Assembly: GCF_006345805.1 (NCBI RefSeq) | Contig: NC_043004.1 | Coordinates: forward strand, 8,928,001-8,992,000 | Length of the DNA: 64,000 bases | Reading direction: 5' to 3' | Source of the DNA: Octopus sinensis | Taxonomy: Eukaryota | In this document: positions 49,903-64,000 of the stretch, in pieces | Layout of the letters: the number at the start of each line of letters is the position of its first letter | Position numbering within the stretch: position 1 is the stretch's first letter | Position numbers and translations under genes: made by a program | The notes under the pieces: generated by a model | The model's database searches: none | Told to the model about the DNA's origin: nothing | The model's input: the letters and a program-made list of their open reading frames with translations, nothing else

Positions 49903-50819
49903 GCCAATGATGTGAGAGCATGTCTCTGTGTGTGTGTATGTGCGTGTGTGTGGGGATGGGCGGTGCGCGACTGTAAGTCAATATGAATATAACAAAATAT
50001 TACGCTGATAAGAAACGTGTTTACACACAATTACACACACAAACACACTAACATTCACACATATAAATCATGATATATATATATATATATATATATATAC
50101 ACGTTTATATATTTTATATATTTATATATTTGTTTTGCAAGATTTTGGATGTGAAATCGTGTTTTGAAACAGATATTGTTGTATTTGACCATTCCTAAAT
50201 ACAACAATATATATATATATATCACGTCACGTCACGTGACCGACCAGACCATCAGATGTTGTTACACATCGCTGGTCACAATGCGTTCGCATTGTTTTAG
50301 CCTTCGAATGACGCCACCCCGCTGGCTAAGCGAGCAGGCCATATATATACCTACATACACACACATACAACAACAAAAATACGTGTAGAGAAAAACACAT
50401 CTTTGATTGTAGCATTCACCTTGCAAAACCGACGATTGCTTCGGTTGTATTACATACTTAGATACGAAAAAAATCATTAAGATTAATATTTCCGAAAATA
50501 CCTGTTAGCACAACGCTTTCAAGGTGATCCAAAAAAGTGATCCAAAATTAGTTAAATCCAAAGTGAACCAAGGAAATATTTCCAGTGGACGACCATCTAA
50601 AAAAAAACGTTAAGAAGAAATATAATCTAAGAAAAGTTATTTTTGTATTCAACTATTGGCGACCTCAATGGACAAAGAAAGAATAAAAACAAACACAAGA
50701 ATTTTACGTTACGACAATTAGAAATACATATAGATTTTACACCAAGACAATTAGTTGTCTATTAAATATAGTAAACTTTTTTTTAGAAAAACTACACTTA
50801 TATGATATATAAAAAGCAA

Positions 50820-51700
50820 TTATAATAAAAAATTGAAATATTTAAATGCCTTTCGAGATTTGTGGCAACATTTGATTGTAAAATTCCCATTAAAATTTAA
50901 TGAAATAAATTTAGAAGTAATTACGTAATACATTTCTTCAAAGCAAAGATCACATGTAGAATTGCCAATGTTGTACGATGGTGCGTAACCAATAATGGAC
51001 TGCTCTAAATCATACTTAATGTTCCTATCTTTTAAACTTAAATGCATTTATAAGGTTTATAAAATTACCTTTTCTTCTATACTTAAATGAGTGAGAATGA
51101 TTATGAAATTTAGATTTCCAAATTGCAGCAAATGAACCAATGCAATAATACCTACGATTGCCTGTTATTATCTTACTCTGAAAGACTATATTTTTCTTAA
51201 AACTATGATTTTCTAAAGGGCAAAGAATTTTGTTTTTACTATTACATGTGATTTATTCATTTGTATTTGGTACTCATGGTTAAAAGAATTCCTACCATTC
51301 CTCCTCTCAGAATTAAGCGTTAAGGTGGGAATATTATAATTATATCAAAACTAGGTGTTAACTACATTATCAGAGTCGGAATTACTTAAAGAATCGAAAT
51401 CACAATACACATTATCGATCTTACTCTTGCTTACAGATTTTTACTTGAGATATTCTCTAATTCTCTGTTTATTGTGTACTGCTATAATCTCAGTTAAATT
51501 TCTAGTGGTTGAATACGAAAACTTTATACTATGGCGATTAAATAACTTTCCATATCTACTTGACGGTAGGAAATATTTATCTAGTGTAGCAAAGAATTTT
51601 CGAGGAATATTAGTAGCTATTGAATATGTGAATGGTGCATCCATCATACAAATAATATTACTTGATTTATTCATTCTATTATTTATGTACACACTTTTCT
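50820..51700 (-). mobile_element. Penelope-like element C-terminal linker and GIY-YIG endonuclease remnant
   Basis: APFTYSIATNIPRKFFATLDKYF..FNRHSIKFSYS..HNK; CNSKNKILCPL..NIVFQSKI..YCIGS..KFHNH; LKDRNIKYDLEQSII..CDLCFEE..KCCHK. Confidence 0.8.
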
Positions 51701-51751
51701 TAGTAATAACATTATTAATACTGGATTATTTCCTAGCATAATTTTAAAGTT

Positions 51752-51808
<57 letters not shown>

Positions 51809-51824
51809 ATATTTTTTCATCATT

Positions 51825-52180
51825 TACCTTTTTAGTCAACAGACTGCGGCCATGCTGGGGCACCGTCTTGAAGAATGTTTTAGTGGAAAGAAACGAACAC
51901 AACCCTTAATTTTTAAAACCTGATATCTATTCTATTGTTCTTTTTTGCCGAACCGCTAGTGTTACAGAGACGTAAACAAACCAACACCAGTTGTCAAGTG
52001 GTGTGAGCGGGGGATAAACACGCACACACACACACGCACGCACACACACATACGATTGGTTTTTTGTCTTTTTTCAGTTTCCAAATCCACCCAAAAGGCT
52101 TTGGGCGGCTTGAAGCTATTGGAGAAGACACTTGCTAGAGGTGCCATGTGGTTGAGAAGCAAACTTTTTATCGCACAGCC
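51825..52180 (-). mobile_element. SINE family A
   Basis: gactgcggccatgctggggcaccg..ttttgccgaaccgcta..ttcagtttcc..aaatccac..gccatgtggttgag. Confidence 0.75.
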
Positions 52181-52261
52181 ATATAAATGCATAATACATA
52201 CATACATACATACATACATAAATACATACATATGCTGAACCATTCAGGAATATACAGTTAA

Positions 52262-52400
52262 TCTATCTAAATCATAAGTTCAGGTTTATACCTGTAATTA
52301 TTGGAGCACTGGGGTATGTAACACAATGCCTAAATACCAGCCTTGAGAAATTAGGCTTCTCAAAACCAGAAAGCAGAAAGATGATTAGATGACTACAGAT
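52262..52400 (+). mobile_element. RLE LINE C-terminal fragment (further subfamily)
   Basis: LYLNHKFRFIPVIIGALGYVTQCLNTSLEKLGF; the PVIIGALG motif is shared with the other RLE remnants. Confidence 0.6.
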
Positions 52401-52829
52401 CCACACAAACACACACACACACATACACACACACACACACACACACAGATATGTACATACACATATAAGACATGATAGAGACAGAAAAGGAACATACGAG
52501 AAACTTTATTGCTCCGAACAATCGTTTCGACCCATCTTGCATCGATCCCACACGGGTGGGATACTGTACCACTGATTGTGGTACATCCCTCTCAGTACAG
52601 AAGTATCTCGTCATGAGATGCATAAGGGCTATCTTGTTAAATAAACACTGTTTCGTTCGGTTTTAATACATCATATCGTTAGTGACAATAAGTTTTAATC
52701 CTTAGGCAGGAATGGCGAGGGACAAATTCCGTTGCAATGTTGTAAACGGTTTCTAGGTTTACAAGCATTCAATACGTAAATCACTGATGAGGAGTAAATA
52801 AGAAAAACATCGTGCATCTTGATGCATTG

Positions 52830-52980
52830 AATTCAAATACCGCCAGCGTTGACTTTAATTTTGTATCCTTTTCGGGGTTGATAACATTTGTACCAGTTGA
52901 GCACTGGAGCTGTTGCTATCGTTTTACCCCGTCCCTGGAATTGCTGGTTTTGTGCCACAATTTGGAACCAATGAATGTGT
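52830..52980 (+). mobile_element. SINE family B, 5'-truncated
   Basis: gaattcaaataccgcc..gttgacttt..atccttttcggggttgataa..taccag. Confidence 0.65.
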
Positions 52981-52999
52981 GATTGTGTGTATGTGAAAG

Positions 53000-53320
53000 G
53001 GAGCATAGCTTTGTGGTGGGGGGTTTTTTGGCTCGCGATCAGAAGGTTGTGAGTTCGATACCGGTAGCGGTTTGTGCACTTGAGCAAAACGCTTTATTTC
53101 CCGTTGTGCAAGTCCACTCAGCTGGTAAAAATGAATAATACCGGTATTTCAAAACGCAAGCCTTGTCACATTTTGTCTCACGCTGAATCTCCTTCTAAAC
53201 TACGAAATGTCTATGAGTGTCAGTGGAGTACTCAGCTACTTGCACATTAATTTCACGTGCTGGCTGTTCCGTCGACCGGATCAACAGAAACGTTCGTCAT
53301 CACAAACGACGGAGACCCAT
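53000..53320 (+). mobile_element. SINE family C
   Basis: gaaggttgtgagttcgatacc..gtctcacgctgaatctcc..aactacg..gtggagtactcagctacttgcac. Confidence 0.65.
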
Positions 53321-53321
53321 G

Positions 53322-53365
<44 letters not shown>

Positions 53366-53680
53366 TACGTAGATGTATGGTTATGTATTTGTGTACGTAC
53401 ATAGAATAGTTGTAAGACAACTCACCACGGGGTGTTTGCTTCAAATATGGTGGTAACTTTGTGACGATATATCAATATATTTTTCCAGAAAGCAGTAAAC
53501 ACGTCTACTAAGAAGAAAAACAAAACAAAACAATAAATGTCTAACACCGAGAGAAGGGGAGGGGGAAATAAAGTAAAAAAAACCCAAAACGAAACAGTAA
53601 CACAGAGGTGAAGTCAATATATTCTTAACAGAATATCGAAGGCAAAGTAAGCGGATGCAAAATATGAAAATGCACGCACA

Positions 53681-53734
<54 letters not shown>

Positions 53735-53812
53735 GCACACACACACACAACACACACACGTGCATATATACACATATATATTAATCTACGTATATATATA
53801 TATATATCTGCG

Positions 53813-53843
<31 letters not shown>

Positions 53844-53895
53844 CTCCGTGTGTATATATATATATATGCGTGTGTATATATATATTATATATATC

Positions 53896-53974
<79 letters not shown>

Positions 53975-54206
53975 CACACATATATGCTACAGATAATAAC
54001 TTTCTCCCTGAAGCGGCGACAAAGAACGATTTTAATAACATTTTCAAAGCATGTCTGAACATCACATGCACCTAAGGAGTGCAGCATTACCCGTTCATAC
54101 ACTCTCACTCGCTCATATATTCAAACACATCAACACTCACACATACAGCAACACACTAATACAAACTTATAAGCACACAAATATATATACATACACACAT
54201 ACATAC

Positions 54207-54249
<43 letters not shown>

Positions 54250-54252
54250 AAT

Positions 54253-54283
<31 letters not shown>

Positions 54284-54444
54284 CGCACATACATATATAC
54301 GTATCTTAAGTATATATACTTACATACATATATTATTAATGTAAATATATATTTGCATGCGCATACATATATACAGCTAAATATATAATATATGCATGTA
54401 ATATATATATATATATATATATACATAAACATACATATATGTTG

Positions 54445-54496
<52 letters not shown>

Positions 54497-54644
54497 CATA
54501 TATATATATATATAGATAGATAGATAGATGCATACATTTGCAAGCCTATTTATACTTGCATTCATGTGTTTGCCTCAATTTTTGTAACAGGTTAAAAAAC
54601 ATTGTGACCATGATTCGGATGAAATCATATATATATATGTTGAT

Positions 54645-54745
54645 CAGAAATCTGATAAGGATAGACTAGCCACATGCATCTCAACCACATGCGCGCAACA
54701 TGGTAATCTCGCATCAATATAAACAGCGCATGACCTACTGGCAGA
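54645..54745 (-). mobile_element. Old fragment of the 540-bp (AAT)n element
   Basis: cacatgcatctcaaccacatgcgcgcaacatggtaatctc aligns with 56400-56465. Confidence 0.6.
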
Positions 54746-54780
54746 ATCTTTAGCATACTGGACAAATTATGTTCAAATTA

Positions 54781-54899
54781 GATCGAGGTCTACTTCGTCT
54801 TTCACTCTCTTGGGGTCGACCAAATAAGTAACACTTCAGTTATAGAGTCGATTCCTCCCCTCCCCCGAAATTGCTGCCCTTCTGACAAAATTTGGAACC
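54781..54899 (+). mobile_element. SINE family B 3' part
   Basis: gaggtc..ggggtcgaccaaataagta..ccccgaaattgctgccct..aaaatttggaacc then (ATT)n. Confidence 0.65.
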
Positions 54900-54963
<64 letters not shown>

Positions 54964-54996
54964 GTATTGTTATTATTATTATTATTATTATTATCA

Positions 54997-55028
<32 letters not shown>

Positions 55029-55284
55029 TGTAGTAATAGTAGAAGTATTTCTTTTTATCACGGGTTCTGACGGAGCTTCTGGAGTCTTACATACGTGCAT
55101 ACGTTGCAGGCTTACTACCTGTAGCCTACCGTACCTTGCTATCCGTTTCTTTTCAGTTATCTAATACTTTCCTGATCATTCTGTCCATGCCAGTGAGGCA
55201 AACCTTTTGTAACAGTTCTACTGGGCACTCTATTCCAATTTCCTCTCTCTATATTCCTCTTGATGCCTTCTGATACTGTGGCCT
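55029..55284 (-). mobile_element. RLE LINE 3' end
   Basis: IGIECPVELLQKVCL..MIRKVLDN*, 3'UTR, (AAT)n tail; related to 57966-58344. Confidence 0.65.
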
Positions 55285-55303
55285 ATTATCATTGTTATTA
55301 TTA

Positions 55304-55368
<65 letters not shown>

Positions 55369-55379
55369 CATCATCATCA

Positions 55380-55438
<59 letters not shown>

Positions 55439-55440
<2 letters not shown>

Positions 55441-55950
55441 CTTTTAATCTGCATGTTTGTTACAGTCACTTGCCAAGACAAATCCAGTGTCCTGGGGCGA
55501 GTGAAGGATAAGAGATGTTACAGTATAACTGAACGCTTTGGAGCGGATGTAGAGAAATATCTTCATGTAATACAACAGACATTTAAATGGATAAGATTTT
55601 TCGAACGATGTTGGCAGTACTTGTCAGTACAATCTTTGGATTTCTCTGAGACATGGTTCTCCTGGGATCTTATCTAGATGTTTCTGATATCCCTTTTTTT
55701 ATCATACCTAGTGCACCCACAATAACAGGAACAGTTCTCGTTTTAAGATGCCATATATTTTGTAATTGAATTTTCAGGTCTTTATATTTACTTAGTTTGT
55801 CAAATTCCTTGACAGATATATTTTTATCAGTGGGAACACTTACATCTATTAGTCTACAAGTGTTTTCTTCCCCGTCTTTAATAATTATGTCTGGTCGATT
55901 AGCCTGGGTCGTTCTGTCAGTGTTAACTGGAAAATCCTAGAGAATAGTGA
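55439..55950 (-). mobile_element. Dong/R4-type RLE LINE 3' end
   Basis: L*DFPVNTDRTTQANRPDIIIKD..LIDVSVP..KEFDKL..KDLKI..WHLKTRTVPVIVGALGMIKK..STANIVRKILSI*; PD..D catalytic motif visible; (AAT)n tail. Confidence 0.85.
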
Positions 55951-55967
55951 CATTTTTACCTTCAACG

Positions 55968-56168
55968 ATTAGCTCAGAATTGTTAGCACACCGGACAAAA
56001 TGCTTTGTGGTATTTCGCGCGACATCACGTTCTGAGATCAAATTCCGCCGAGGTCGACTTTGCCTTTCATCCTTTGGGGGTCGATAAATTAAATACCAGC
56101 GGAACACTGGGGTCGATGAAATGGACCTCTCGCCCAAAATTGCAGGCTTTGTGCCTTTAGTAGAAAGG
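55968..56168 (+). mobile_element. SINE family B
   Basis: cagaattgttagcacaccggacaaaatgc..aaattccgccgaggtcgactttgcctttcatcc..gtgcctttagtagaaagg then (ATT)n. Confidence 0.85.
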
Positions 56169-56182
56169 ATTATTATTATTAC

Positions 56183-56217
<35 letters not shown>

Positions 56218-56302
56218 GTATATTATTATTTTATTATTATTATTATTACTATTACTATATTATTATATTATGTTATTTATTTATGATTATTATATTATTA
56301 TT

Positions 56303-56841
56303 GGTGAGAGAGCAGTTCATGCCTCAAGGTGACACTGGGGTAAAATATACGAAGCCCAATATACCCATCATGACTACCCGTCTGATAAAGGTACACAAGG
56401 CACATGCATCACAACCATATGTGCGCGACATGGTGATCTCATATCAAGATAAACAGCACATGACCTTGCAGGTGGGGCCCAGTTAGAATTTTCTTCAGGT
56501 TGAGTAGCCCATCCCGCTCAAACGGTCTCTGAATAAGGGTTGTTTAAGGATGTTGAAAGAACCACCCATGTTTCCAGAGGCGAACTATTCAAACCCCAAG
56601 AATCCCTCTCAACACATGGCTATGATGCTCCCCCACTACTTCTGCTCGTGATCAGAGATGCACATATCGTCAGCCACTAAGGGACATGCTCAACTGGTTA
56701 GGTCAAACAACTGACAAGCAAATCTGTGGTATTGAGCAGAATATTTGCTGTAGCCTATCTTTTATACCAAGACAAAACAATGTACATGATAACACTTCCA
56801 ATCAGTTAAGATCAGAAGCCATGAGAGCCACTGCCTGGTAC
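56303..56841 (-). mobile_element. ~540-bp non-coding (AAT)n-embedded element, copy 2
   Basis: Colinear reverse complement of 1350-1890; (ATT)n on both sides. Confidence 0.8.
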
Positions 56842-56874
<33 letters not shown>

Positions 56875-57582
56875 ATTATTATTATTATTATTATTATTAT
56901 TACTGTATCACTATTTGAAAAAAGAAAATGGAAAATATGTAATTTATTGCAATGTAACGTTGCTACAACGTCACCAAGGATGAAATATAAAATGTAATAG
57001 AAGTAAAAAAATTACATGTCAAGTTAAAAAGTAATATTCAGAGGCGAATGTCCAGCCGTACGATTGCAAATAAATAAATATACTCTGCTGTCCCCTGAAG
57101 CCGAGCGAACAATGATTTTTAATAAAACCTTTCAAAGACTATGATTTAATGTTTTTTACATATCGAAGGTGTGGTGTCTTTCCGATATTTACATAAACAG
57201 ACAGACAGGCATTGCTCTAGCATTAATATTCCCTTCTTTTTTTTGTGACACACACACACATACATATATATACACACACACATAAGTACATACATGAACA
57301 TATACATACACATACATACATATATACATATATATATATATGTATATATATATATATTTATATAATATTTTATTTTATTATATCATATGTAAATATATAT
57401 ACATACATATATATGTATAAATATATATATATTTACATACACGTAGAAACATATTCTTATAAATATATAAGTATTATATACATATGTATATATGTATGTG
57501 TGTGTGTATATATTTGTATATATGCATATATGTGTGTGTGTGTGTGTAAATATAGTTATGTATATATAGAGTATATGTACGT

Positions 57583-57621
<39 letters not shown>

Positions 57622-57864
57622 TGTATGTGCGTATGTAGAATATATATATGTGTGTGTGCGTGTATATATATAATGTGCGTACGTGTGTGTTTATTGACAT
57701 TTATAGAGAGGTTTAGTTAATATTTATCTGCATATTTTGAGTCTTTTCTGAGTGTTTATATATTGCCTCGTCTACATTACAGTATATGCCTGCAGGAGTG
57801 CTTCTTTCATAACGATATGTATTCATGTATATATATACTTACATAGATACATGCATACATACAT

Positions 57865-57906
<42 letters not shown>

Positions 57907-57965
57907 GTATGTGTATATATATATATATATGCCAAAATTTGAAATTTATTAATTATTATTATTAT

Positions 57966-58344
57966 TTTGGTTTGGTTCAGGTTCGGTCTTATTCCTTGTG
58001 GGAATTATGTGGGTAGCGGGTTACTACCTGTAACCTTAGGTACCCACAAGTTTTTAGCAGTCTTTCAAGTGCTTAGGACCCTCCTCATAATCCTTGCTGT
58101 CCCTAAGAGACAAACTCTGTGTAGGAGCTCTACCGGACATTCTCTTCCAATCCCCTTCAGCCATTTGTCTATAGCTTGGCTTACTGTTCCCTACGCATCA
58201 TTTATCATAGGCACGACCTATACTGTTCGCACGCTCCAAATTCTTCCTACATCAAATCTTAAGAGATTGTAATCTTTTTTGTTTTTCATCCTCTTTCTTT
58301 ACGATCTTGGAATCAAACGGGCATGAGGGGTCGATAAGTAAGCA
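57966..58344 (-). mobile_element. RLE LINE 3' end
   Basis: LLIDPSCPFDSKIVKKEDEK..IWSVRTV..VVP..IGRECPVELLHRVCLLGTARIMRRVLST*; (AAT)n flanks. Confidence 0.8.
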
Positions 58345-58389
<45 letters not shown>

Positions 58390-58440
58390 GTGTGGTTGTT
58401 GTGTTCTTTTTTTCTTCTTCTTCTTCTTCTCTTCTTCTTC

Positions 58441-58500
<60 letters not shown>

Positions 58501-58522
58501 CATCATTATTATTATTATTATT

Positions 58523-58773
<251 letters not shown>

Positions 58774-58774
58774 C

Positions 58775-58985
58775 AGGCGAGCTGGTAATATCGTTATCAT
58801 GCCGGGCAAAATACTTAGCGGCATTTTGTCCGCCTTTATGTTCAGAGTTCAAATTCTGCCGAAGTCGACTTTGCCTTTCATTCTTTAGGGGTCGATAAAT
58901 TAAATACCAGTGAAACACTAGGGTCGGTGTAATCGACTTAAGCCCTTTCCTCAAATTTCAGGCTTTGTGCCTTTAGGAGAAAGGA
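58775..58985 (+). mobile_element. SINE family B within (ATT)n
   Basis: aggcgagctgg..cttagcggcattttgtc..gagttcaaattctgccgaagtcgactttgcc..gaaagg. Confidence 0.9.
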
Positions 58986-59002
58986 TTATTATTATTATTA
59001 TT

Positions 59003-59628
59003 GTTTTGTGATGAAAACGCATAGCTTACTTTGCTGGATATGATGGAAAGTGTCAGCTGTCCACAACTCGCAGACTAAGGTGACACTTGTTTACTGATTG
59101 ATCATGCTTCAAGAACCCTGCGAAGAATTCTTGCAGTTCCAAGCAATGCTGATTTTTGTAAGTGTTCTCCCTTCACCCTTGCACCAATCTTTTTCAGCCA
59201 TGTTGGTAGTTCAGTGCTGATACTTCCAAGTGCGCCAATTACTTCTGGCATTTCGTCTACTCTCCTCATTGACCACAATCTTCGTATTTCCCACCTCAAA
59301 TCGTCATAGTTGTTTATTTTTTCTTCTTCTATCACATCGATCTTGTTGTCACCGGGGCATGTCCTTTCTTTTTTATTCACTACCACAATGTTCTGGTCAG
59401 GCGATCGCACCAAATCATTGCATTCCACAAGGTTTTTGCAATTCTCATTCTCAGTGATTCCTTCTGGAGTTTTCTCATACCACGCTCTTGTTCTCTGTAG
59501 GCCGTGATTTCCACAGAGATCCTACACGATCATTCTTGCCACATTGTCATGGAGCTTTTGTATCCGCGTTATGCCAATTTCGGGCATTCGCTAACGATGT
59601 GCCATAACGTTTCAACCTCTCACCACAC
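59003..59628 (-). mobile_element. Dong/R4-type RLE LINE 3' end with CCHC knuckle
   Basis: CGERLETLWHIVSECPKLA..HDNVAR..WYEKTPEG; ORF 59102-59428 ends IGALGSIS..LQKSALLGTARILRRVLEA*; (AAT)n tail. Confidence 0.9.
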
Positions 59629-59674
59629 ATCATCATCATCATTATTATTGTTGTTGTTGTTGTTATTATTATTA

Positions 59675-59721
<47 letters not shown>

Positions 59722-59751
59722 TACTATACTTATTATTATTATTACTATTAC

Positions 59752-59800
<49 letters not shown>

Positions 59801-60163
59801 TTAAAAAGAAATAATTACCATTGTAGTGAATATTATCCCGTTATCCTTATATTTGCTTTACAGTGTAGATTATTTTGTGGTTGTTTTTGTTGTTGTCGTT
59901 AGCGGCTCTAGTTATGATAAATTCCCAGTGCCTCCCTTTGAACCGTTTCTACTTCCAAACCTCGCTGTATCACGCTTGTCCGCTGTTGCAACCATCACCG
60001 TTGTTGATGTATGTTGATGCAAGTTGGTGATGGCCCTGTTCAAATCAATTTGATTTTTCTCAATTATTCTCTACCCTAGAGAAACAGTATCAATTAGAAA
60101 ACTAAAAATGCTTGCGAGTTTCGAAAAGAGGACACATACACTGCACGGAAGAACACACACACA

Positions 60164-60232
<69 letters not shown>

Positions 60233-60744
60233 CGGAAATACAAATGCAAATAGAAGATGAAATTATGACAGAAACATAAATATTCAAATTGATCAGCTCT
60301 GAGTTGAATCTTAGATGTAACCATGTTTGTAGTGGCGCCCGAATGAGTTCGCTTTTTTAATTGCGTCCGTTTGTGAATATTGAATTGTAGAGTATAAAGC
60401 ACATCACAAACATTGGTGCAAACATGGTCATATAATTTCTTCAATTTCTTTGCATACAGAAATTAATTAATTACATGCCGAAGCTTACGAAACGGTAGTA
60501 AGCCGGTGGAATAATCTGGTTTCATCTCTTGACCTTATGCTTTATAAAACACACACACACACACACACATATGTATGTATCTTACTATAATTATATAGGA
60601 ATTATTTTTAACAACTCATGGTGTGGCCGAAACATCAGGAATCTACCGTCACCCACGACATACACGTGTACACACATCCAGAGACATGCACATGCGTGTA
60701 CGTATATATACATGTTCTGTATTTTAGAGATGAGAGATTCTGTA

Positions 60745-60905
60745 CATTATTTACATTGGACGACGAATATGCGTCCTCATCTTGTTTGTTGCTTCTGTAA
60801 CGTTTCGGCTAATATACTCCCCCACCTTCATCAGGGGTCCTGAGGGAATTTTGAACCCTGGTAGCAACAAAAAAGATGAGGACACATATCCGTCCAATGT
60901 AATAA
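60745..60905. mobile_element. Penelope-LTR-like inverted pair around an HHR core
   Basis: 60751-60793 and 60863-60902 are inverted repeats; between them on the minus strand CUGAUGA-A-GG..GCC-GAAACGUU. Confidence 0.65.
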
Positions 60906-60941
60906 TATAAATAATGTTATATATGAGTGCATGGATGTGTA

Positions 60942-60972
<31 letters not shown>

Positions 60973-61027
60973 CATATATATAATATATATATATTATATA
61001 TACATGCATACATACATACATACATTC

Positions 61028-61059
<32 letters not shown>

Positions 61060-61087
61060 TATTTATATATATACATATATAGGTGTG

Positions 61088-61122
<35 letters not shown>

Positions 61123-61345
61123 TATATAATATTATATATTATATACATATATGATATATACATACATATATATATATATATATGTATATGTATATGCATA
61201 TATACAATTTAAAAATAGGATAAAATCTTTATAAGAAATTTTCAAGTAGTTAGTGTGATAAACTTCATAAGGAAAATATATTAATTTAATTAATTATTCC
61301 CTTCAAATATATTTATGTATTTATATTAAGGGCATATATATATAC

Positions 61346-61389
<44 letters not shown>

Positions 61390-61434
61390 CTATGCATACA
61401 CAACGCACATATATATTGTTGTTGACTTAATTCA

Positions 61435-61620
61435 ATGAGTGTCTTCAGTCGTGCTGGGGCGCCACTTTGAAGGTTTCAGTCTAAGAAATCGATTCTAGAA
61501 CTTATTTCTTAGTTTGGTACTTACTGTATCGATCTCTTTTGCTGAACCGCTAATTTACTGGGACATAGAACAAGTAAAACATTGTTTGTCAAGCGATGAT
61601 GAAGGAGAAAGGCAAAGAAG
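61435..61620 (-). mobile_element. SINE family A body (diverged)
   Basis: gtgctggggcgccac..aaatcgattc..acttatttc..tctttgctgaaccgctaa..tgtcaagcgatgatg. Confidence 0.65.
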
Positions 61621-61646
61621 ACGTACGTACATATATATCGATACAG

Positions 61647-61684
<38 letters not shown>

Positions 61685-61931
61685 GTGCATGTATATATAT
61701 TAGTATACATATCAATATATGTGTGTTTGTGGGGTGTATAGAATTACGCGCACATATACTTCCAAACGTATATGCATTGGTAAATAGATCGATAAATAGA
61801 TATATAGCTTCAGAGCGACGGAGAAAGAAGATGTGAGAGAAAGTGAGAGGCTGTTATGAAAGAGACACACGAGCAGAAAATAAGATAGTTGCGCTTTCTG
61901 TTTAAAACACTGCCTCTCTGTCGCTCCAACG

Positions 61932-61964
<33 letters not shown>

Positions 61965-62020
61965 TGTATGTATGTATGTATGTGTATGTATGTATGTATG
62001 TATGTACCTATTGTACCTGT

Positions 62021-62096
<76 letters not shown>

Positions 62097-62249
62097 TTAT
62101 CGGTCTACAAATGTATCCATCTACTTATCTGCAAATACATACATACGTACACACATGTAAAACGTGTATGTTTATATATATTATGTATATATGTATGTAT
62201 GTGGTATGTATATATATATGTATGAATATATATATGCATGTATGTATGT

Positions 62250-62333
62250 GATAACTAAAAAAATAAATGAAAAATATATATATGTAATATATATAATATA
62301 TATATATATATTATATATATATATATATAATAT

Positions 62334-62389
<56 letters not shown>

Positions 62390-62777
62390 TATAATATATA
62401 TAATATTATAGATATATATATATATATATATACACACATACATATATATATCTTAGTGTGTGAATGTGCATGTGTGTGTGTGTATGTTTGTGAATAATGT
62501 ATATGTATACATATTAATCTCTATGTGCAATGACCTTTCCGTCAGCCTTATAAATGGTGCAATGTTCGCTCGGAGCTGTGTTATCAACAATTGCAAAAGA
62601 AGTCAAGCAAAGCACAATAGTTTCTATGCGAATGGTCATTATGAGAATTGAAAATTAGAAAGATGGCGGAAATACGGAAAGAAGACGAAAAAAGCAGATA
62701 CCTGGAAGCTTGAACGTAATTATATACAAACACACATAAGCATACAGAAACACATATATATTCATGCACACACACAC

Positions 62778-62832
<55 letters not shown>

Positions 62833-63758
62833 GATAAACACGCACATAGGCATACAGGCGCACATATATTCCCGCACACACACTCACAAGTGTATAATAT
62901 ATATATATATATATATATATAATATAAATAATATACATATGTACATATATATATATATACATATGTATATGCATATATATATACATATATATATATATAC
63001 ACGTCTATGTATATATACATATGCACAGAAGTATTTAATACGCATATCTGTATAAATATATAGGCATATGTATATATATACGCACATCTGTCTTTGTATA
63101 TTTATGTATATATAAATACATGAACGCATGTATATGTATTTATATATGTGTACTTATGTATGTATGCAAATACATATGTATATACGTGTATATATGTATA
63201 TGTATTGGTATATAAATAAATATATACATACACACATACGTGCGCACGCACACACACGTATATATGTGTGTATATACTTATAAACGTGTTGTATATTATA
63301 TATATATATAATATATATATATATATATAATATATATATTATATATATAATAATATATGTAATATACATGTATATATATGTGGTGTGTATATATGTATAT
63401 ATATATAATATATACATATATATATATATAATATATATATATATATATACATATACACAGATATATATATGTATAGATATACACACTCCCACACACATAT
63501 TTGTTAAAGGATGCGAATAAATTTGTTTTGTTGAGGTTAGAAGATAATTGGACGAAACTCTATAGAGATTTGATTGTCTCTTATTCATTATTCAAGTATC
63601 GTTTTATATACAAATATATTTTATACGCATACTTACATTTACGTACACACACATACACATACACATGTATGTACATATTCTATATCTATATATACATATA
63701 TAAGTATATATAAATAGCTATATATATATATATAAATAGCTATATATATATAAATAGC

Positions 63759-63789
<31 letters not shown>

Positions 63790-63919
63790 GCATATGTTTG
63801 TATATTCACACGTATATTCACAAAACTGGATGTTATTGTGTTGTGTGAGTTTTATGCTTTGTATTTCGTATAGGATTATATTTTTTGTTTATGTAATTCA
63901 TTAGAATGTTGTATATATG

Positions 63920-63960
<41 letters not shown>

Positions 63961-64000
63961 GTATGTATGTATGTATATGGATATATGGTGTGTGTGTGAA
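62250..64000. repeat. Extended (TA)n/(CA)n/(TATG)n low-complexity region
   Basis: Read directly, with only short unique islands. Confidence 0.9.

Noticed and set aside
52760-52830. CTGATGAGGAG..GAAA as a hammerhead
   Set aside because: Stem II lacks its 3' strand and there is no valid cleavage triplet.
56650-56680. CTGACGA (minus strand) inside the 540-bp element as an HHR core
   Set aside because: Not conserved in the 1350-1890 copy (CAGACGA), and no stem II-GAAA follows.
60930-64000. Single-base TT/AA interruptions in (TA)n tracts as a coded pattern
   Set aside because: Consistent with slippage or long-read consensus error, and not periodic.

Overview
Repeat-saturated, AT-rich animal genomic DNA. 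The SINE families and the very high (TA)n/(CA)n/(AAT)n/(GATA)n density suggest a coleoid cephalopod, probably Octopus (inference). No host exon could be identified, so the window looks intronic or intergenic, and nearly all ORFs in the supplied track are microsatellite artefacts. Supported content: (1) a full-length 1581-bp Tc1 (DD34E) transposon with Sleeping-Beauty-like IR/DR ends and a single frameshift (40448-42028); (2) a decayed maT (DD37D) transposon and a mariner derivative built from two left ends; (3) many 3' fragments of restriction-like-endonuclease (RLE) LINEs of the Dong/R4 and HERO types, stacked in (AAT)n arrays with a ~540-bp non-coding element; (4) CR1-like and RTE-like LINE fragments and a Helitron fragment; (5) Penelope-like RT and GIY-YIG remnants plus several families of LTR-like units carrying hammerhead-ribozyme (HHR) motifs, three of which form inverted repeats centred on the HHR, including a near-perfect 397-bp palindrome at 12595-12991; (6) numerous tRNA-derived SINEs of at least three families. 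A 100-N scaffold gap lies at 45180-45279. All translations and folds were done by eye; no database search was run.
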